Assembly (NCBI GenBank): GCA_035765775.1
Contig: DASTWV010000059.1
Location: forward strand, 353,555 to 417,554
Direction of reading: 5' to 3'
DNA from: Actinomycetota bacterium
Lineage (GTDB): Bacteria > Actinomycetota > CADDZG01 > JAHWKV01 > JAOPZY01
DNA length: 64,000 nt
The stretch's first letter is position 1. Each line of letters opens with the position of its first letter. Of the stretch, positions 1 to 9,839 are shown in pieces. A model generated the notes under the pieces. The model ran no database searches. It worked only from the letters and a program-made list of their open reading frames with translations, and was not told where the DNA came from. The position numbers were made by a program, and so were the translations under genes.

Positions 1-107
1 ACTCTGGCAGGGCGAGGGATCCACCGGAAGGGAGCATGGCCGCCAACTTGGCAGGGGCGTGTCGCAGGGTTTCGTACAGGGGGCGCCTCAGGTCCTGGGT
101 GCTCATG
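1..107 (-). CDS. Possible 5' part of a gene running off the window (N-terminus MSTQDLRRPLYETLRHAPAKLAAM...)
   Basis: Minus-strand ATG near position 107 with a GAGGAG-like RBS 8 nt upstream; the open frame continues to the window edge. Only about 35 codons are visible and I recognise no homology. Confidence 0.25.
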
Positions 108-619
108 TGCGCTCCTCGTCTCGTCGTGGGAACAAGTCTTCCGGTTGTAGTGTCGGATTCACGCGGAGCGTCGCCAAGGGCTCACCGGCCTATCTTCCTC
201 TCGTCCCTAGCGCGTACCGTGGCGGGACTCAAATGAAGTAGGCGGCAGGGCCGAACGGCCCGTGCCGACCGGGGCCCCGTGGCCCCCAAGCCGCTGCGCG
301 CGGTCCAATTGAACCGCACAAAGTTGGAGCGAATGCGTCATGCAGGGACTCCAACGTCATGACGAAACTCTTAGTGCAATCAGCGACAACCATCGAGGGC
401 CACGAAGGTTCGTAGCAGAGGGTTCGTTGCTAGAGGGCTTCTAACCGCACCAAGCCGAGGGGCGCACCGTGCAATGCGGCACCCCGAGGCGCAGCACGAG
501 GAGCTTCCGCTTGGGCCCCCCGATAAAGGCAAACCCAGGGCGACCTGGGGACGCAAAGTCATGGATCTCCCCTTCGTCTTATTCGAGAGGAGATCGCCAG
601 ACCGCCGAAGGAGAGCGCC

Positions 620-1549
620 GTGAAGACTCTGACCATCCGTGCCCTGGTAGCCGCCGGCACACTGAGCACGATCGTTCTTGCGGGTGTCGCTCCCGCTTCT
701 GCCAGCCCCTCGGAGGAATCGTGCTTCTTCGCAGCGATCAACTCCGAGCGCACCGCCGCCGGGCTGAGTGCAGTGACCAACAGCGGAGCGCTGGCGACCA
801 TGGCCGAGGCCTGGTCAGGCCAGCTGGCCGCGGCCGGCTCGCTGTCGCACAATCCCAGCCTCACCAACCAGGCCCCGTCCGACTGGCAGTACCTCGGCGA
901 GAACGTCGGAGAGGGCCCGGACTGCTCTTCACTCGTCACCGCCTTCTTCAACTCGCCCGAACACAAGGCCAACATCTTGCAGGTCCACTACACCGAGGTT
1001 GGCATCGGCGTGGTTGACGGGGCAGGCGGAACCATCTGGGTGACCGAGGACTTCATGGGCACGAGCGCACCAGCGCCCGCTCAGCCCGCGCCAGCCGCGG
1101 TCGGCAGCCCGGCGCCCTCGACCCCGGTCCGCACGGCTGCGGACGCCCCGGCGCCCTCGACCCCGGCGCCCTCGACGCCGGTGCGCACGCCTGCGGCAGC
1201 CCCGGCGCCCTCGACCCCGGCGGCCTCGACCCCGGCGCAGGGCCCGGTCCACACGCCTGCGCCCGCCCGGGCCGCCATCCATGGCAAGGCTGCCGCCCCG
1301 GTGCCGGCCACCGATCCCGGCCCCGCCGCGACGGCCCCGGCTCCCGCCGCCAGCACCCCCGCCCCGGTGGTCACCCCCGCCCCGACGGCCACGCCCGTCG
1401 TCGACCCTGAGCCCTCGACGGTTGCCACGATGCCCACCGTTGCGCCACACGCCCTTCGCGGCTTGTCGACCAGCTACCGGCCGGGCAGGAAGAACGCCAT
1501 TCAGAGGGCGGCCGCGATTGCCACCACCCTTCTCCGCCACCTCTTCTAA
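620..1549 (+). CDS. Secreted CAP/SCP/PR-1-domain protein with a Pro/Ala/Thr-rich repetitive C-terminal tail
   Basis: N-terminal signal peptide (MKTLTIRALVAAGTLSTIVLAGVAPASA). CAP-domain motifs (GH..QLAAAGSLSHNP; YLGENVGEG; HKANIL; TEVGIGVV; WVTEDF). The tail is made of APSTP/VRTPAAAP repeats. Confidence 0.8.
   Translation: MKTLTIRALVAAGTLSTIVLAGVAPASASPSEESCFFAAINSERTAAGLSAVTNSGALATMAEAWSGQLAAAGSLSHNPSLTNQAPSDWQYLGENVGEGPDCSSLVTAFFNSPEHKANILQVHYTEVGIGVVDGAGGTIWVTEDFMGTSAPAPAQPAPAAVGSPAPSTPVRTAADAPAPSTPAPSTPVRTPAAAPAPSTPAASTPAQGPVHTPAPARAAIHGKAAAPVPATDPGPAATAPAPAASTPAPVVTPAPTATPVVDPEPSTVATMPTVAPHALRGLSTSYRPGRKNAIQRAAAIATTLLRHLF
1110..1250 (+). repeat. Tandem ~18-19-bp repeats (ccggcgccctcgaccccgg, about 5 copies) encoding the APSTP-repeat linker of the CAP protein
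   Basis: Direct tandem repetition visible in the sequence around 1100-1250. It encodes ...APSTPVRTAADAPAPSTPAPSTPVRTPAAAPAPSTPAASTP... Confidence 0.7.
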
Positions 1550-1653
1550 CTCCATCTGGCGCCGAGCAGGGTCCGCGGCGGCGGTGGTCACGCTCCGCTC
1601 GCCGGCAAACCGCATTGATCCCGGTCCACGGTGCCCTCTGAGGGGACCAAGCG

Positions 1654-3290
1654 GCTTAGCCTGGATCCACCGATAGCCTGACCCCACGGCGGCAGGTGCC
1701 ACCGTTGGGAGGCGAGGTGATGATCTGGGCCCCGGTCGCCGAGTTGGACCGGCGTCACGTCGACGTTTGGGGTGACCTGAAGGCCCACAACTGAGCCAAT
1801 TTCATGCCCAGGGCACGGCTGTGGCCCGGAACCTGTCCGGTGGGGCGGGTTGCACCTGCGGTGATCCGGCTCAGGCGAGCAGGGCAATGCCCCGCAGGCG
1901 GTCGAGGCCGGCGGAGAACTCCTCGGCCCAGGGCCAGCCCGACGGCAGGTGCAGGTGCCATCGCCGTGACGAGCGGGTAAGGCGTCCCGGCAGGGTGAGG
2001 AAGCGCCGGCGGATGCTCTGGGCGACCACGGGGCCGACGTGGCCCAGGCCGAGCGAGGCGACCCAGCGGATCAGGTTGTGGGCCAGGGAGGTGATCACCA
2101 GCCAGGCCGAATTGGCCGAGAAGTTGCCCGAGGGGCAGTGGCTGAGCCCCGATCCCTCCTTGAGGTCCCGGATGGCGAGCTCGACGACGGCGTGGCCCCG
2201 GTGCTCGACGCCCAGGGCGACGGCCTCCCCCGGGCGGTTGGTGACGAAGGCGTGGTGGCGCCAGTCAGGCCACAGCTCGGCCTGGTCGCCGATCAGCCGG
2301 GTGCCGCGCACGATCAGGCGGTCACCCTTGTAGCTGGTCTCGGCCAGCTGCGCCTCGCCCATGGCGGTGTAGTCGATGCTCACCCACGATTCCTCGGGGA
2401 TCGTGGCGCTGGCAGCCTGACCGCGGAGTTGGACGGCACCGTGATCGAGTAGCCGATGCGGTGGCGGCGGCACGCCTTGACGAACCTCTCGGACCAGAAC
2501 GCCGAGTCCGCCCGTAGCCGGAGCTCCCCGCTGGAGCCCGCCCGCCGTGCTCGGGCGACGGTCTCGTCCGGGAAGCGCACGCAGCCCCGGGCGCTGGCGG
2601 CCGAGCCTTTGCGCTGGCGCACGTGCAGCACCTCACCGGTCTCGGCCCGGGTGGCCAGTAGCGGGTGGTAGCCGAGCCGGCGGGTGTAGCCGTAGGCGGC
2701 ACCTTGCTTGTGGTAGCCGTGCACCTCGCAGATGGTGGAGTCGAAGTCCAGCATCAGCACCTCCCCGCCCGGTCCCGCCCCCGCCGCCCAGGCCCGGGCA
2801 AGCAGCTTCCCGGTCACCTTGTCGAGCTGGCGAACGTGTCCGAAGCTGAGAGCGCAGGAAGGTGCCGAGCGTCGAGGGGGCCATCACCCGGTGCCCGAGC
2901 ACCGAGGCCGTCGAGGCGCAGCGCAGCACGTCGGCGTCGTCGATCGAGTCGCCACCGGCCAGCATCGAGTGCACCAGGGTGAGCACCTTGCGCCCCGGCA
3001 GGGCAGCCCCGGGGCGATCCCCAAGCTCAACGGTGGCATGCACCAGCTCTTCGATGCCCAGGTGCTGGGCCAAGGTGGCGGGCAGGACCAGCCCGGCGTT
3101 GGCCACCGCGTGGTCGTCGTCGAAGATCACCGACGCTCGGTCGAGGCTGTGGGAAGATGTCACCTGAAAAGTGCCTTTCTGAGTAGGGCGGATGTCGTTT
3201 TCGCAGACACCATTCTCCCTGGTCAGAGGGCATTTTTCGCGTCTATCCGGGCCTCAGATCGGCCGGTTCATCGTGGATCCAGGCTTAGGT
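1654..3290 (-). mobile_element. Degenerate IS1380-family insertion sequence (~1.63 kb) with imperfect terminal inverted repeats
   Basis: Terminal inverted repeats GTGGATCCAGGCT(T/A)AG at ~3274-3290 and its reverse complement at ~1654-1670 (13/13 identical, then partial). They bracket a transposase reading frame that is split into three pieces. Confidence 0.7.
1871..3163 (-). pseudogene. IS1380-family DDE transposase, disrupted by two frameshifts (three consecutive ORF fragments in different frames)
   Basis: ORF 2633..3163 is the N-terminal part (MTSSHSLDRASVIFDDDHAVANAGLVLPATLAQHLG...). ORF 2380..2817 is the core (MLDFDSTICEVHGYHKQGAAYGYTRRLGYHPLLATRAETGEVLHVRQRKGSA, an IS1380-like DDE signature). 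ORF 1871..2473 is the C-terminal part. The three fragments overlap and are in different frames. Confidence 0.75.
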
Positions 3291-3745
3291 CCCGGCAGCA
3301 TGCACTGGTAGGAACCTCCCAGCTGGGCGCATGGGGCACTCCGCGGCCAGCCCGCCGGCTCCACAAGCCATCACCGGCGCACCGCGCGGTGCCCGGTCCT
3401 CCAGAAGCCTCCGCTACCGCTTCTGTGCATCTTCTTCTGCTGGCCGACCCCTAGTCCGGGCGAACGATCCGGGCCTACTGCATTCGCGCCGTCCGGCGTG
3501 GCCCCAAATGGCTCCCCGCGTCCGCCTTCATGTACCAGATTTATTGGTCACTGTGCGGCTGTTCAGACGATCCCATGAGCCCGATATTTGAAGTAGGAAA
3601 CAAGCACCGCCAAAGGCAAACCCTCGGAAACGAGGCGACGCAAAGCTATAGGGCCGTCGATCACAGCGATCACGGCAGCCAGCTACCGGATGCCCGAGAA
3701 ATCCCTCGAGAGTCCGTCCATGTCGCCTCAAGAAAGGAGACGACG

Positions 3746-4603
3746 ATGCGAAGGACCCAGGGCATTCTCACCTCTCTGATTGGTGCTGGATTTGCCATGA
3801 CCCTCACCTTCGGTGCCGCGCCAGCCCTGGCGGCCGGCGCCCCGGCCTCCACCCCCGCTCCGGACGCCGCCAGCACCAACTTCGCCTGGGTCAACTCGCT
3901 CCGGGCGGCCGGCGGTCTGGCGGCGCTGCAGAACCAGCCTTGGGCGCAGCAGGTTGCCCAGGCCCACTCGGACGACATGGCCAACCAGGACCAGCTGTAC
4001 CACAACATGACCGGGTACATGGACGTGGCGCACAGCGCCCTGCACGCTTCGTACCTGGGCGAGAACGTCGGCGAGGGCACAACTCTCGACTTTGTCCAGT
4101 CGCTGCTGAAGGCCAGCCCGGAGCACTACGCCAACATCATGAACCCCCGCTTCAACTATCTGGGCGTCGCTGTCACCATCGATGAAAACGGCCAGGTATG
4201 GGTCACTGAAGACTTCTCCGAGATTGATGGCGGCTCCCCCGCCCCGGCCCCGGCCGCCCGCCCGGCTGCAGCCATCAAGCCGGCAGTGGCACCAGCCCCC
4301 AAGCCGGTGGCGCCCCCTGCCCCCAAGCCGGTCGTCGCCCCTGCCCCTGTCATTGCCCCGGCTCCGGTGTTCCCGGTCCCCACCGTCGCAGCACCGACCC
4401 CGCCCCCGGCTGCCCCGGCTTCTGAGCACGCGGGGGTCACCACGATGACCATTGCCCACCATGGCCAAGCGGATGCCGCCGCCAGCCGCACCGGCGCAAG
4501 TAACCCCCAGGGTGGCCTCCTGTACGCCGGGCTCCTGGCCGCCGGCTGCCTGATGGCCCTGGGCGGGGGCTTCAAGATCTTCACCGTGTTCTCCCGCAGG
4601 TAG
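3746..4603 (+). CDS. Secreted CAP/SCP/PR-1-domain protein (paralog) with a Pro/Ala-rich linker and a C-terminal hydrophobic anchor
   Basis: ATG at 3746 preceded by AAGGAGA. Signal peptide MRRTQGILTSLIGAGFAMTLTFGAAPALAAG. CAP motifs (SDDMANQDQLYHN; YLGENVGEG; PEHYANIM; YLGVAVT; WVTEDF). PAPKPV repeats, then ...NPQGGLLYAGLLAAGCLMALGGGFKIFTVFSRR. Confidence 0.8.
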   Translation: MRRTQGILTSLIGAGFAMTLTFGAAPALAAGAPASTPAPDAASTNFAWVNSLRAAGGLAALQNQPWAQQVAQAHSDDMANQDQLYHNMTGYMDVAHSALHASYLGENVGEGTTLDFVQSLLKASPEHYANIMNPRFNYLGVAVTIDENGQVWVTEDFSEIDGGSPAPAPAARPAAAIKPAVAPAPKPVAPPAPKPVVAPAPVIAPAPVFPVPTVAAPTPPPAAPASEHAGVTTMTIAHHGQADAAASRTGASNPQGGLLYAGLLAAGCLMALGGGFKIFTVFSRR

Positions 4604-4779
4604 CGGGACCAGCCTCCCCGATGCTTGGTCGATAAAACGCTCCGGAGCCTCGGGCCCTAGGGTCCGGGGCTCCGGTAATTTTGTCCCCAACCGCCCTAGG
4701 GAAAACAGGGGTTACCCCACCACCTACGTGCTCGGGTCAGGAGAGCACGTAGATGCGAAAGAGGGACCCGGCTGCGGAA

Positions 4780-5466
4780 TTATCGGTGCCGCTTTCTCAT
4801 GACCTTCGGCCCGTCCTCAGTCATCTGCAAAATGCCTTGGCGCACGGCGATCGCCGCCGCCTCGAGTTTCGAGTGGGCCTCCAGCTTCGTCAAGATGGCT
4901 TGGACATGTTTGCGTACGGTGTTGACGCTCAAGAACAATGCCTCAGCAATTGCCGCGTTGTGCAAGCCTCGGGCCATGAGTTCCAGCACCTCGAGTTCCC
5001 GGTCGGTCAAGCCGTATGACACTTGCTGATGCTCCCGGCGCAGCCGGGGGAGGAGCCGCATGAGCAGCTCGGGCGGGATGAGGGTCTCCCCCACCGCGGC
5101 AGCCCGGACGGCGGAGAGGGCGTCCTCCACCAAACCCACCTTGGAGATGAAGCCGGAGCACCCGACCTCGATGGCATGGACCAACGCGTTGTCGTCGGCG
5201 TACGCGGTCAGGATGACCACTTTTGTCGCCGGGCACTCGGCCCTGATGTCGGCCGCGGCATCGATGCCGGCGCCATCGGGCAGCTGGTTGTCCATTAGCA
5301 CCACATCGGGGTGGAACCGGGCGGCCATATGTCGGGCGTCCGCCGCGGTAGCCGCAGCGCCGACGACCTCGAGATCGCTCTGGTCCCGGAAGACCCGGAT
5401 GAGGGTCTGCGCGAACATCTGGTGGTCGTCAACAACGAGCACCTTGATTACGCCCTGCTCGCTCAT
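4780..5466 (-). CDS. NarL/LuxR-family two-component response regulator (REC + HTH_LuxR)
   Basis: VLVVDDHQMF...VVLMDNQLPDGAG...ILTAYADD...FISK (REC domain); LTDRELEVLELMARGLHNAAIAEALFLSVNTVRKHV (LuxR HTH). Likely start is MSEQG at 5466; the ORF-track N-terminal extension is probably not translated. Confidence 0.85.
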   Translation of the reverse strand: MSEQGVIKVLVVDDHQMFAQTLIRVFRDQSDLEVVGAAATAADARHMAARFHPDVVLMDNQLPDGAGIDAAADIRAECPATKVVILTAYADDNALVHAIEVGCSGFISKVGLVEDALSAVRAAAVGETLIPPELLMRLLPRLRREHQQVSYGLTDRELEVLELMARGLHNAAIAEALFLSVNTVRKHVQAILTKLEAHSKLEAAAIAVRQGILQMTEDGPKVMRKRHR

Positions 5467-6433
5467 CAATCGATCCCCTCCGTTCGTCGCATTCTGGTGC
5501 ATCCCCGCTCGCCGGCGGTACTCCATGGCGCATGGGCGACGGCGACCGTCACGGCAGACCAGCGGTCAGCGGAGGCCCTGTAGCAGGCGCATCCCCCATC
5601 CAGGGTTCCTTCTCGCGCAAGCACCGGCTGCGCATATCCGGACATAGTAGACTACCTAGCCGCAAGCACGACGGATCCAGCTGCGGTAGTCCCACCTCAG
5701 GGCGACGCCGCCCGGCGGCGGACACGAGGGCGGGGGTTCCCCCCCATGGCGCAGGAGCGGATCTCCCTCCCGGAGGGAGCCGGGCACGTACCTGCGATCC
5801 GCCCTGAGTACTGGTGGCGCACCAGATGGGCAAAGGTGTCATCGAACGCCACCGGCGTTTCGGGATCGGTGGCTGCACAGGAATAGAACGGGGCGATCCA
5901 CAGCAGCACACCCTGGGCGGTCATGTTGCTGGATATAGACCTCTTCAACCCGACGATTGGGTCGATGGAACATTCATGTGCCTGGACGTACCTGTGAGGA
6001 TGACCTGGCATGATGAGTTCAGCATATTATCAGGTCATCAACCAGTTTGAGCGCAGCGCCGAGGACGTCCGCCAGCACCTCCCTGACCGGCCGGCGTCGG
6101 ATCGGAGGCCATGGTCCCCCGCCAGGACGGCAACGCCGACCGGGACCGCACTGAACGCCGAGGGAGCGACAGCACGTAGCGAAGCCAGAACGCCGCCAGC
6201 ACGGCGTCCACGGACGCCACGTCGGACACCGCGCAGACTGCGCCCCAGGCTGCCTAGAATGCGGGCCGGAGCTGGTGCCGGGCCGGATGCCGGGCCCCAC
6301 CACCAGACAGGGGGACGCGAGCCCGGTCTGTAGGCCCGGGCTCGGCATCCACAGCGCCAGGTCCCAGAACGTCGAGCGCGTCCGCCTCGGCGTGGCCGCC
6401 CTCGCCGCATCATGGCCCCCGCCTGCCGCCCGG

Positions 6434-8659
6434 CTACCCCGGCCCGCCCATCCAGAGGGGTTGGCCGAGGGACGGGGCGGCCGGTGCAGATGGTCGGTGC
6501 TGGACCACCAGTTCGGTCACGTCTTGGAAGACGCCGGTCAGGGCCGGCGTGGCACCGGGGTTCGCGTCCAGCTCCACCCGGCACGAGAGCCGCCGTTGAG
6601 TGCCGTCGGGCCGGACGAAGCGGCAGGCGAAGTCGACCACCCCGCCCCGGGCGGCGCTATCAATGGCGCTGACCACCGCCGGGAGGTCATCGGGGTGGAC
6701 GATGCTCAAGAAGTCATCGAAGGACGCGGCTGTACCCACGGGAAATCCGGCGATCCGGCGCAGCTCGTCGGAGAACCAGCCAGCGCCCCGCTCCGGTTCC
6801 CAGCGGCAGCTCCCGGCGTGGGTCATCGCCTCGGTCAAGTCTAGGTGCCGGGTCCGCTCCCGGTACGCTGCCTCGACGCGTTGGCGGTCCAGCACCCGGG
6901 CCAGCTCGCTGGCAAAGCCGTCCAGCACCACCAGCAATGACTCGTCGGGCATCTCAGACTGCATCGAGAAAAACTCAAGCACGCCGAGAGTCCGGCCCTC
7001 GAAGGCGAGCGGGATCCCAAAACCGGCCTGCAGGCCCGCCGCCACCGCCTGCGCTGAGCGGGCGAGCCGGGGGTCGAGTTCCAGATTGGCCATCAGCACG
7101 CGTTCCCCCGCCTCCAGCGTCCTGCCCGGCAAGCCCACCCCGGGGCCGAAACGCAGCCCGGTCGACGCCCTTCGGAAGGCGTCGAACTGCGCCCCGGCGG
7201 CCAGGTGCCAGATTGCGGTGCTGACCAGCTCTCCGTCGCCACGCGCGTCGCCACCCGTGTCCCCACCTGCTGGGCCGACCGCTGGCTCACCGGTGAGCAG
7301 GCAGGCGTGGCCCACGGGCCAGCCGGTGTAGAAGCAGATGCGCTCCAGCGCCAGGTGCAGGGCCGCCTCGACGCTGCCCGCCGAACCCGCTTCGATGGCG
7401 GTTCGCAGGAGCGCGATCTGGGTGTTCTTCTCGCCTAGCCCGACCAGCGGAGGGCCCAGATCCCCCCCTCCGGGAGCTCCGACATAGCGGGGGTACATCC
7501 CGCTGGGCGGCGGCGGCGCCGGTCGGCCCAGAAGGTAGCCCTGGCCCCAGATGACACCCAGGGTACGCAGGGCGCCGGCCTGGGCGAGGGTCTCGATACC
7601 CTCGGCCACGAGGGTTGCCCGGGTCTCGCCGGCAAACGAGATCAGCGCGGCGGCCAGCGCCCGGGCCTTCTCATCCACGGTGACCCGCTGGACGATGCTG
7701 ATGTCCAGCTTGATGATGTCCGGCTGCAGGCGCAGGATGTGCCGGAAGCTGGCGTAGCCCGCCCCGGCGTCGTCCACCGCCACCCGCGCACCCCGCGCCC
7801 GGAGTGGCCGCAGCGCCGCCATCAGCTCGTCGTAGTCCTCGATGGGGTCGTGCTCGGTGACCTCGATCACGAGGCGCTCGGGCGCGATCTCGTCCAGCAG
7901 CGTTCGGGTCCGGGGCTCCAGGATGGCCCCGGGGGATATATTAACCGAGATGAACAGTTCGGGAGACAGTGCATGGGCGGAGACCACCGCCAGCGACACC
8001 GCGGCGCGCTCGAAGGCCTCCCCCAAGCCCACCGACGCCGCCTCGGCCAGCCAGACGTCTGGGCCCCGGCGGGGCTCCCCCTCCACCCGAAGCAGGGCTT
8101 CCGCGCCCACTGCCCAGCCAGCACGCAGGTCCACGATCGGCTGGAGCTGGACCCTCGACCAGCCCTCCTGCAGCGCCTTGGTGACCCGCCCGATCTGCTG
8201 TGACCGTCGTTCCGTTTCGATTGTCTGGGCCTGGGGCATCCCGGCCAGTGACTCGATGAGGACCTCGGCGACCTCGGCGGACACCGACCCCTGGTGCCGA
8301 GCACCCCGGTGGATGGCCGCCAGGATCTGCTCGGCACTGGCACCCTTCACCAGGTAGCTCCGGGCGCCAGCGCCCAGCATCGCCAGGATGGTGCGCCGGT
8401 CCGCGTAGGCGGTCAGAGCGATGATGTGGGTACTGGGGCACAGGCGGGAGATCTGTGCCCCCGCCTGCACCCCCCCGCCCGGCATCCGGACGTCCAGCAA
8501 CGCTACGTCGGGCTGATGGAGCAGGGCCAGATCGACCGCCTCCGTGGCGTTGACCGCGGTGGCCACCAGAACCAGGCTCAGGTCGCTTGCCAGCACCGCC
8601 CTGAGGGCAGCGAGCACGATCGGATCGTCATCGGCGACGAGGACCCGGATGGCACTCAC
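6434..8659 (-). CDS. Multidomain c-di-GMP phosphodiesterase: REC - EAL - GAF - PAS
   Basis: GTG start at 8659 (VSAIRVLVADDDP...) overlaps the upstream gene's stop (GTGA). REC: DVALLDVRMPGGG...IIALTAYADR. EAL: QPIVDLRAG...EVTEHD...DDAGAGYASF...KLDISIV...AEGIETLAQ...GQGYLLGRP, with catalytic residues present. GAF: LGVLEFFSMQ. PAS: FLSIVHPDD...FACRFVRPDGTQRRL...FQDVTE. Confidence 0.85.
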   Translation of the reverse strand: MSAIRVLVADDDPIVLAALRAVLASDLSLVLVATAVNATEAVDLALLHQPDVALLDVRMPGGGVQAGAQISRLCPSTHIIALTAYADRRTILAMLGAGARSYLVKGASAEQILAAIHRGARHQGSVSAEVAEVLIESLAGMPQAQTIETERRSQQIGRVTKALQEGWSRVQLQPIVDLRAGWAVGAEALLRVEGEPRRGPDVWLAEAASVGLGEAFERAAVSLAVVSAHALSPELFISVNISPGAILEPRTRTLLDEIAPERLVIEVTEHDPIEDYDELMAALRPLRARGARVAVDDAGAGYASFRHILRLQPDIIKLDISIVQRVTVDEKARALAAALISFAGETRATLVAEGIETLAQAGALRTLGVIWGQGYLLGRPAPPPPSGMYPRYVGAPGGGDLGPPLVGLGEKNTQIALLRTAIEAGSAGSVEAALHLALERICFYTGWPVGHACLLTGEPAVGPAGGDTGGDARGDGELVSTAIWHLAAGAQFDAFRRASTGLRFGPGVGLPGRTLEAGERVLMANLELDPRLARSAQAVAAGLQAGFGIPLAFEGRTLGVLEFFSMQSEMPDESLLVVLDGFASELARVLDRQRVEAAYRERTRHLDLTEAMTHAGSCRWEPERGAGWFSDELRRIAGFPVGTAASFDDFLSIVHPDDLPAVVSAIDSAARGGVVDFACRFVRPDGTQRRLSCRVELDANPGATPALTGVFQDVTELVVQHRPSAPAAPSLGQPLWMGGPG

Positions 8660-9834
8660 GCCGGGGCAGCGCGGGGAATTCGGGTGGGAACCCAGCAGGC
8701 GACCGTGGTTCCCGCCCCGGGTGAGGAAGTGATTTCCAGGCGCCCCCCACACACCTCGGCCCGATCCCGCATGGAAGTGAACCCGTAGTGGCCCGGCGAT
8801 TCCGGCGCGGCTTCCGCCTCGAAGCCGGTGCCGTCATCGGCGATGACCAGCCCGAGGCCCTGTCCCTGCTCGCGCAGGCCGATGGTCACGTGGCGCGCCC
8901 GGGCGTGCTTAGCGACGTTGACCAGGGCCTCCTGGGCCACCCGGTAGAGGACGACCAGGATCTCAGGCGGCGGGGCGGTGCCCACCTCGATGGCCACCGT
9001 CGCGGCAAAGTCGGCCTCGCGGCCCAGGATGGCGCCCAGCTCCTCCAGGCTGCCGGCCAGGCCGTCGAGATCCGGAGGGGCGGGGCGCAGCACGAACAGC
9101 ATCCGGCGGAGCCGCCGGATGGCAGTCTGCACGGCGGCCTGAAGCTCGTCCAACTCCTGGAGCTGGTCCTGCCCGTTAAGGGTCATCCGCAGCACACCCA
9201 GCCGCAGCGCCACCGCCGCCATCACCTGGACCGAGTCGTCATGGATGTCGGCGGCGACACGCCGCGACTCCTCCTCCTGGGCCGAGACCAGCCGGCGGAC
9301 CAGCTCGGCCCGCTGGGCCTCCACTGCCCGCAGCTCACGTGCCAAATCCTGGCGGGCGCTGTCCATGGCCTCGGCGTCCGCTCCCCGGTCCAGGGCTTTG
9401 GCGTTCAGGAGGGCCACGGGCTCCTGGTGGTAGTCGTCCGGGTCCCCTCCTTGGGTCGGCAGAGGCCCGCGGCGCAGGGCGGCCTCCACGGACTGCAGGA
9501 TTTCCATGGGGCCGGTGGCCTTGGTGAGAATGCCCGAATAGCTGAGATTTCCGGCTAGCCGAGCCACCTCCTCCGTGGAGTCGGTCGCGGAGTAGAACAG
9601 GAATGGGGTGGCGGCGGTCTCGGCCCGCGCCCGCAGGGCGCGCAGGAGGCCGTAGCCGTCGAGTGTCGGCATGAGGATGTCGCTGATCACGAGGTCAGGG
9701 GCCTCGGCGGCCACCCGTTCGAGCGCTTCGGCGCCGTCGGTGGCCCAGACCACCAAGTGCCCAGCCGACGGCAGGATGCTGCCCAGCAGGGCCCGGACTT
9801 GCCGGGTATCGTCCACCACCAGGATGGTCCCCAC
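8656..9834 (-). CDS. Hybrid histidine kinase with no sensor domain: N-terminal REC + HisKA_3 + HATPase_c
   Basis: Likely GTG start at 9834 (VGTILVVDDTRQ...ISDILMPTLDGYGL...FLFYSA, REC domain). HisKA_3 H-box: EESRRVAADIHDDSVQ. HATPase: LYRVAQEALVNVAKHA...ADDGTGF...GFTSMRDRAE...GAGTTV. The ORF-track N-terminal extension (to 10395) is GC-frame noise. Confidence 0.8.
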   Translation of the reverse strand: MGTILVVDDTRQVRALLGSILPSAGHLVVWATDGAEALERVAAEAPDLVISDILMPTLDGYGLLRALRARAETAATPFLFYSATDSTEEVARLAGNLSYSGILTKATGPMEILQSVEAALRRGPLPTQGGDPDDYHQEPVALLNAKALDRGADAEAMDSARQDLARELRAVEAQRAELVRRLVSAQEEESRRVAADIHDDSVQVMAAVALRLGVLRMTLNGQDQLQELDELQAAVQTAIRRLRRMLFVLRPAPPDLDGLAGSLEELGAILGREADFAATVAIEVGTAPPPEILVVLYRVAQEALVNVAKHARARHVTIGLREQGQGLGLVIADDGTGFEAEAAPESPGHYGFTSMRDRAEVCGGRLEITSSPGAGTTVACWVPTRIPRAAPA

Positions 9835-9839
9835 GCCCG

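Noticed and set aside
247-287. GC hairpins (GGGCCGAACGGCCC; GGGGCCCCGTGGCCCC) as terminators
   Set aside because: They lie upstream of the start of the minus-strand gene at 107 and have no U-tract. No gene ends here, so I do not call a terminator.
929-1702. 257-aa minus-strand ORF antisense to the CAP-protein gene (Gly/Arg-rich translation)
   Set aside because: Typical high-GC antisense shadow ORF. Low-complexity RG-rich translation, no start context, and it fully overlaps a well-supported gene.
3728-4690. 320-aa minus-strand ORF antisense to the second CAP gene
   Set aside because: Same reasoning: GC3-driven open frame opposite a gene with clear domain homology.
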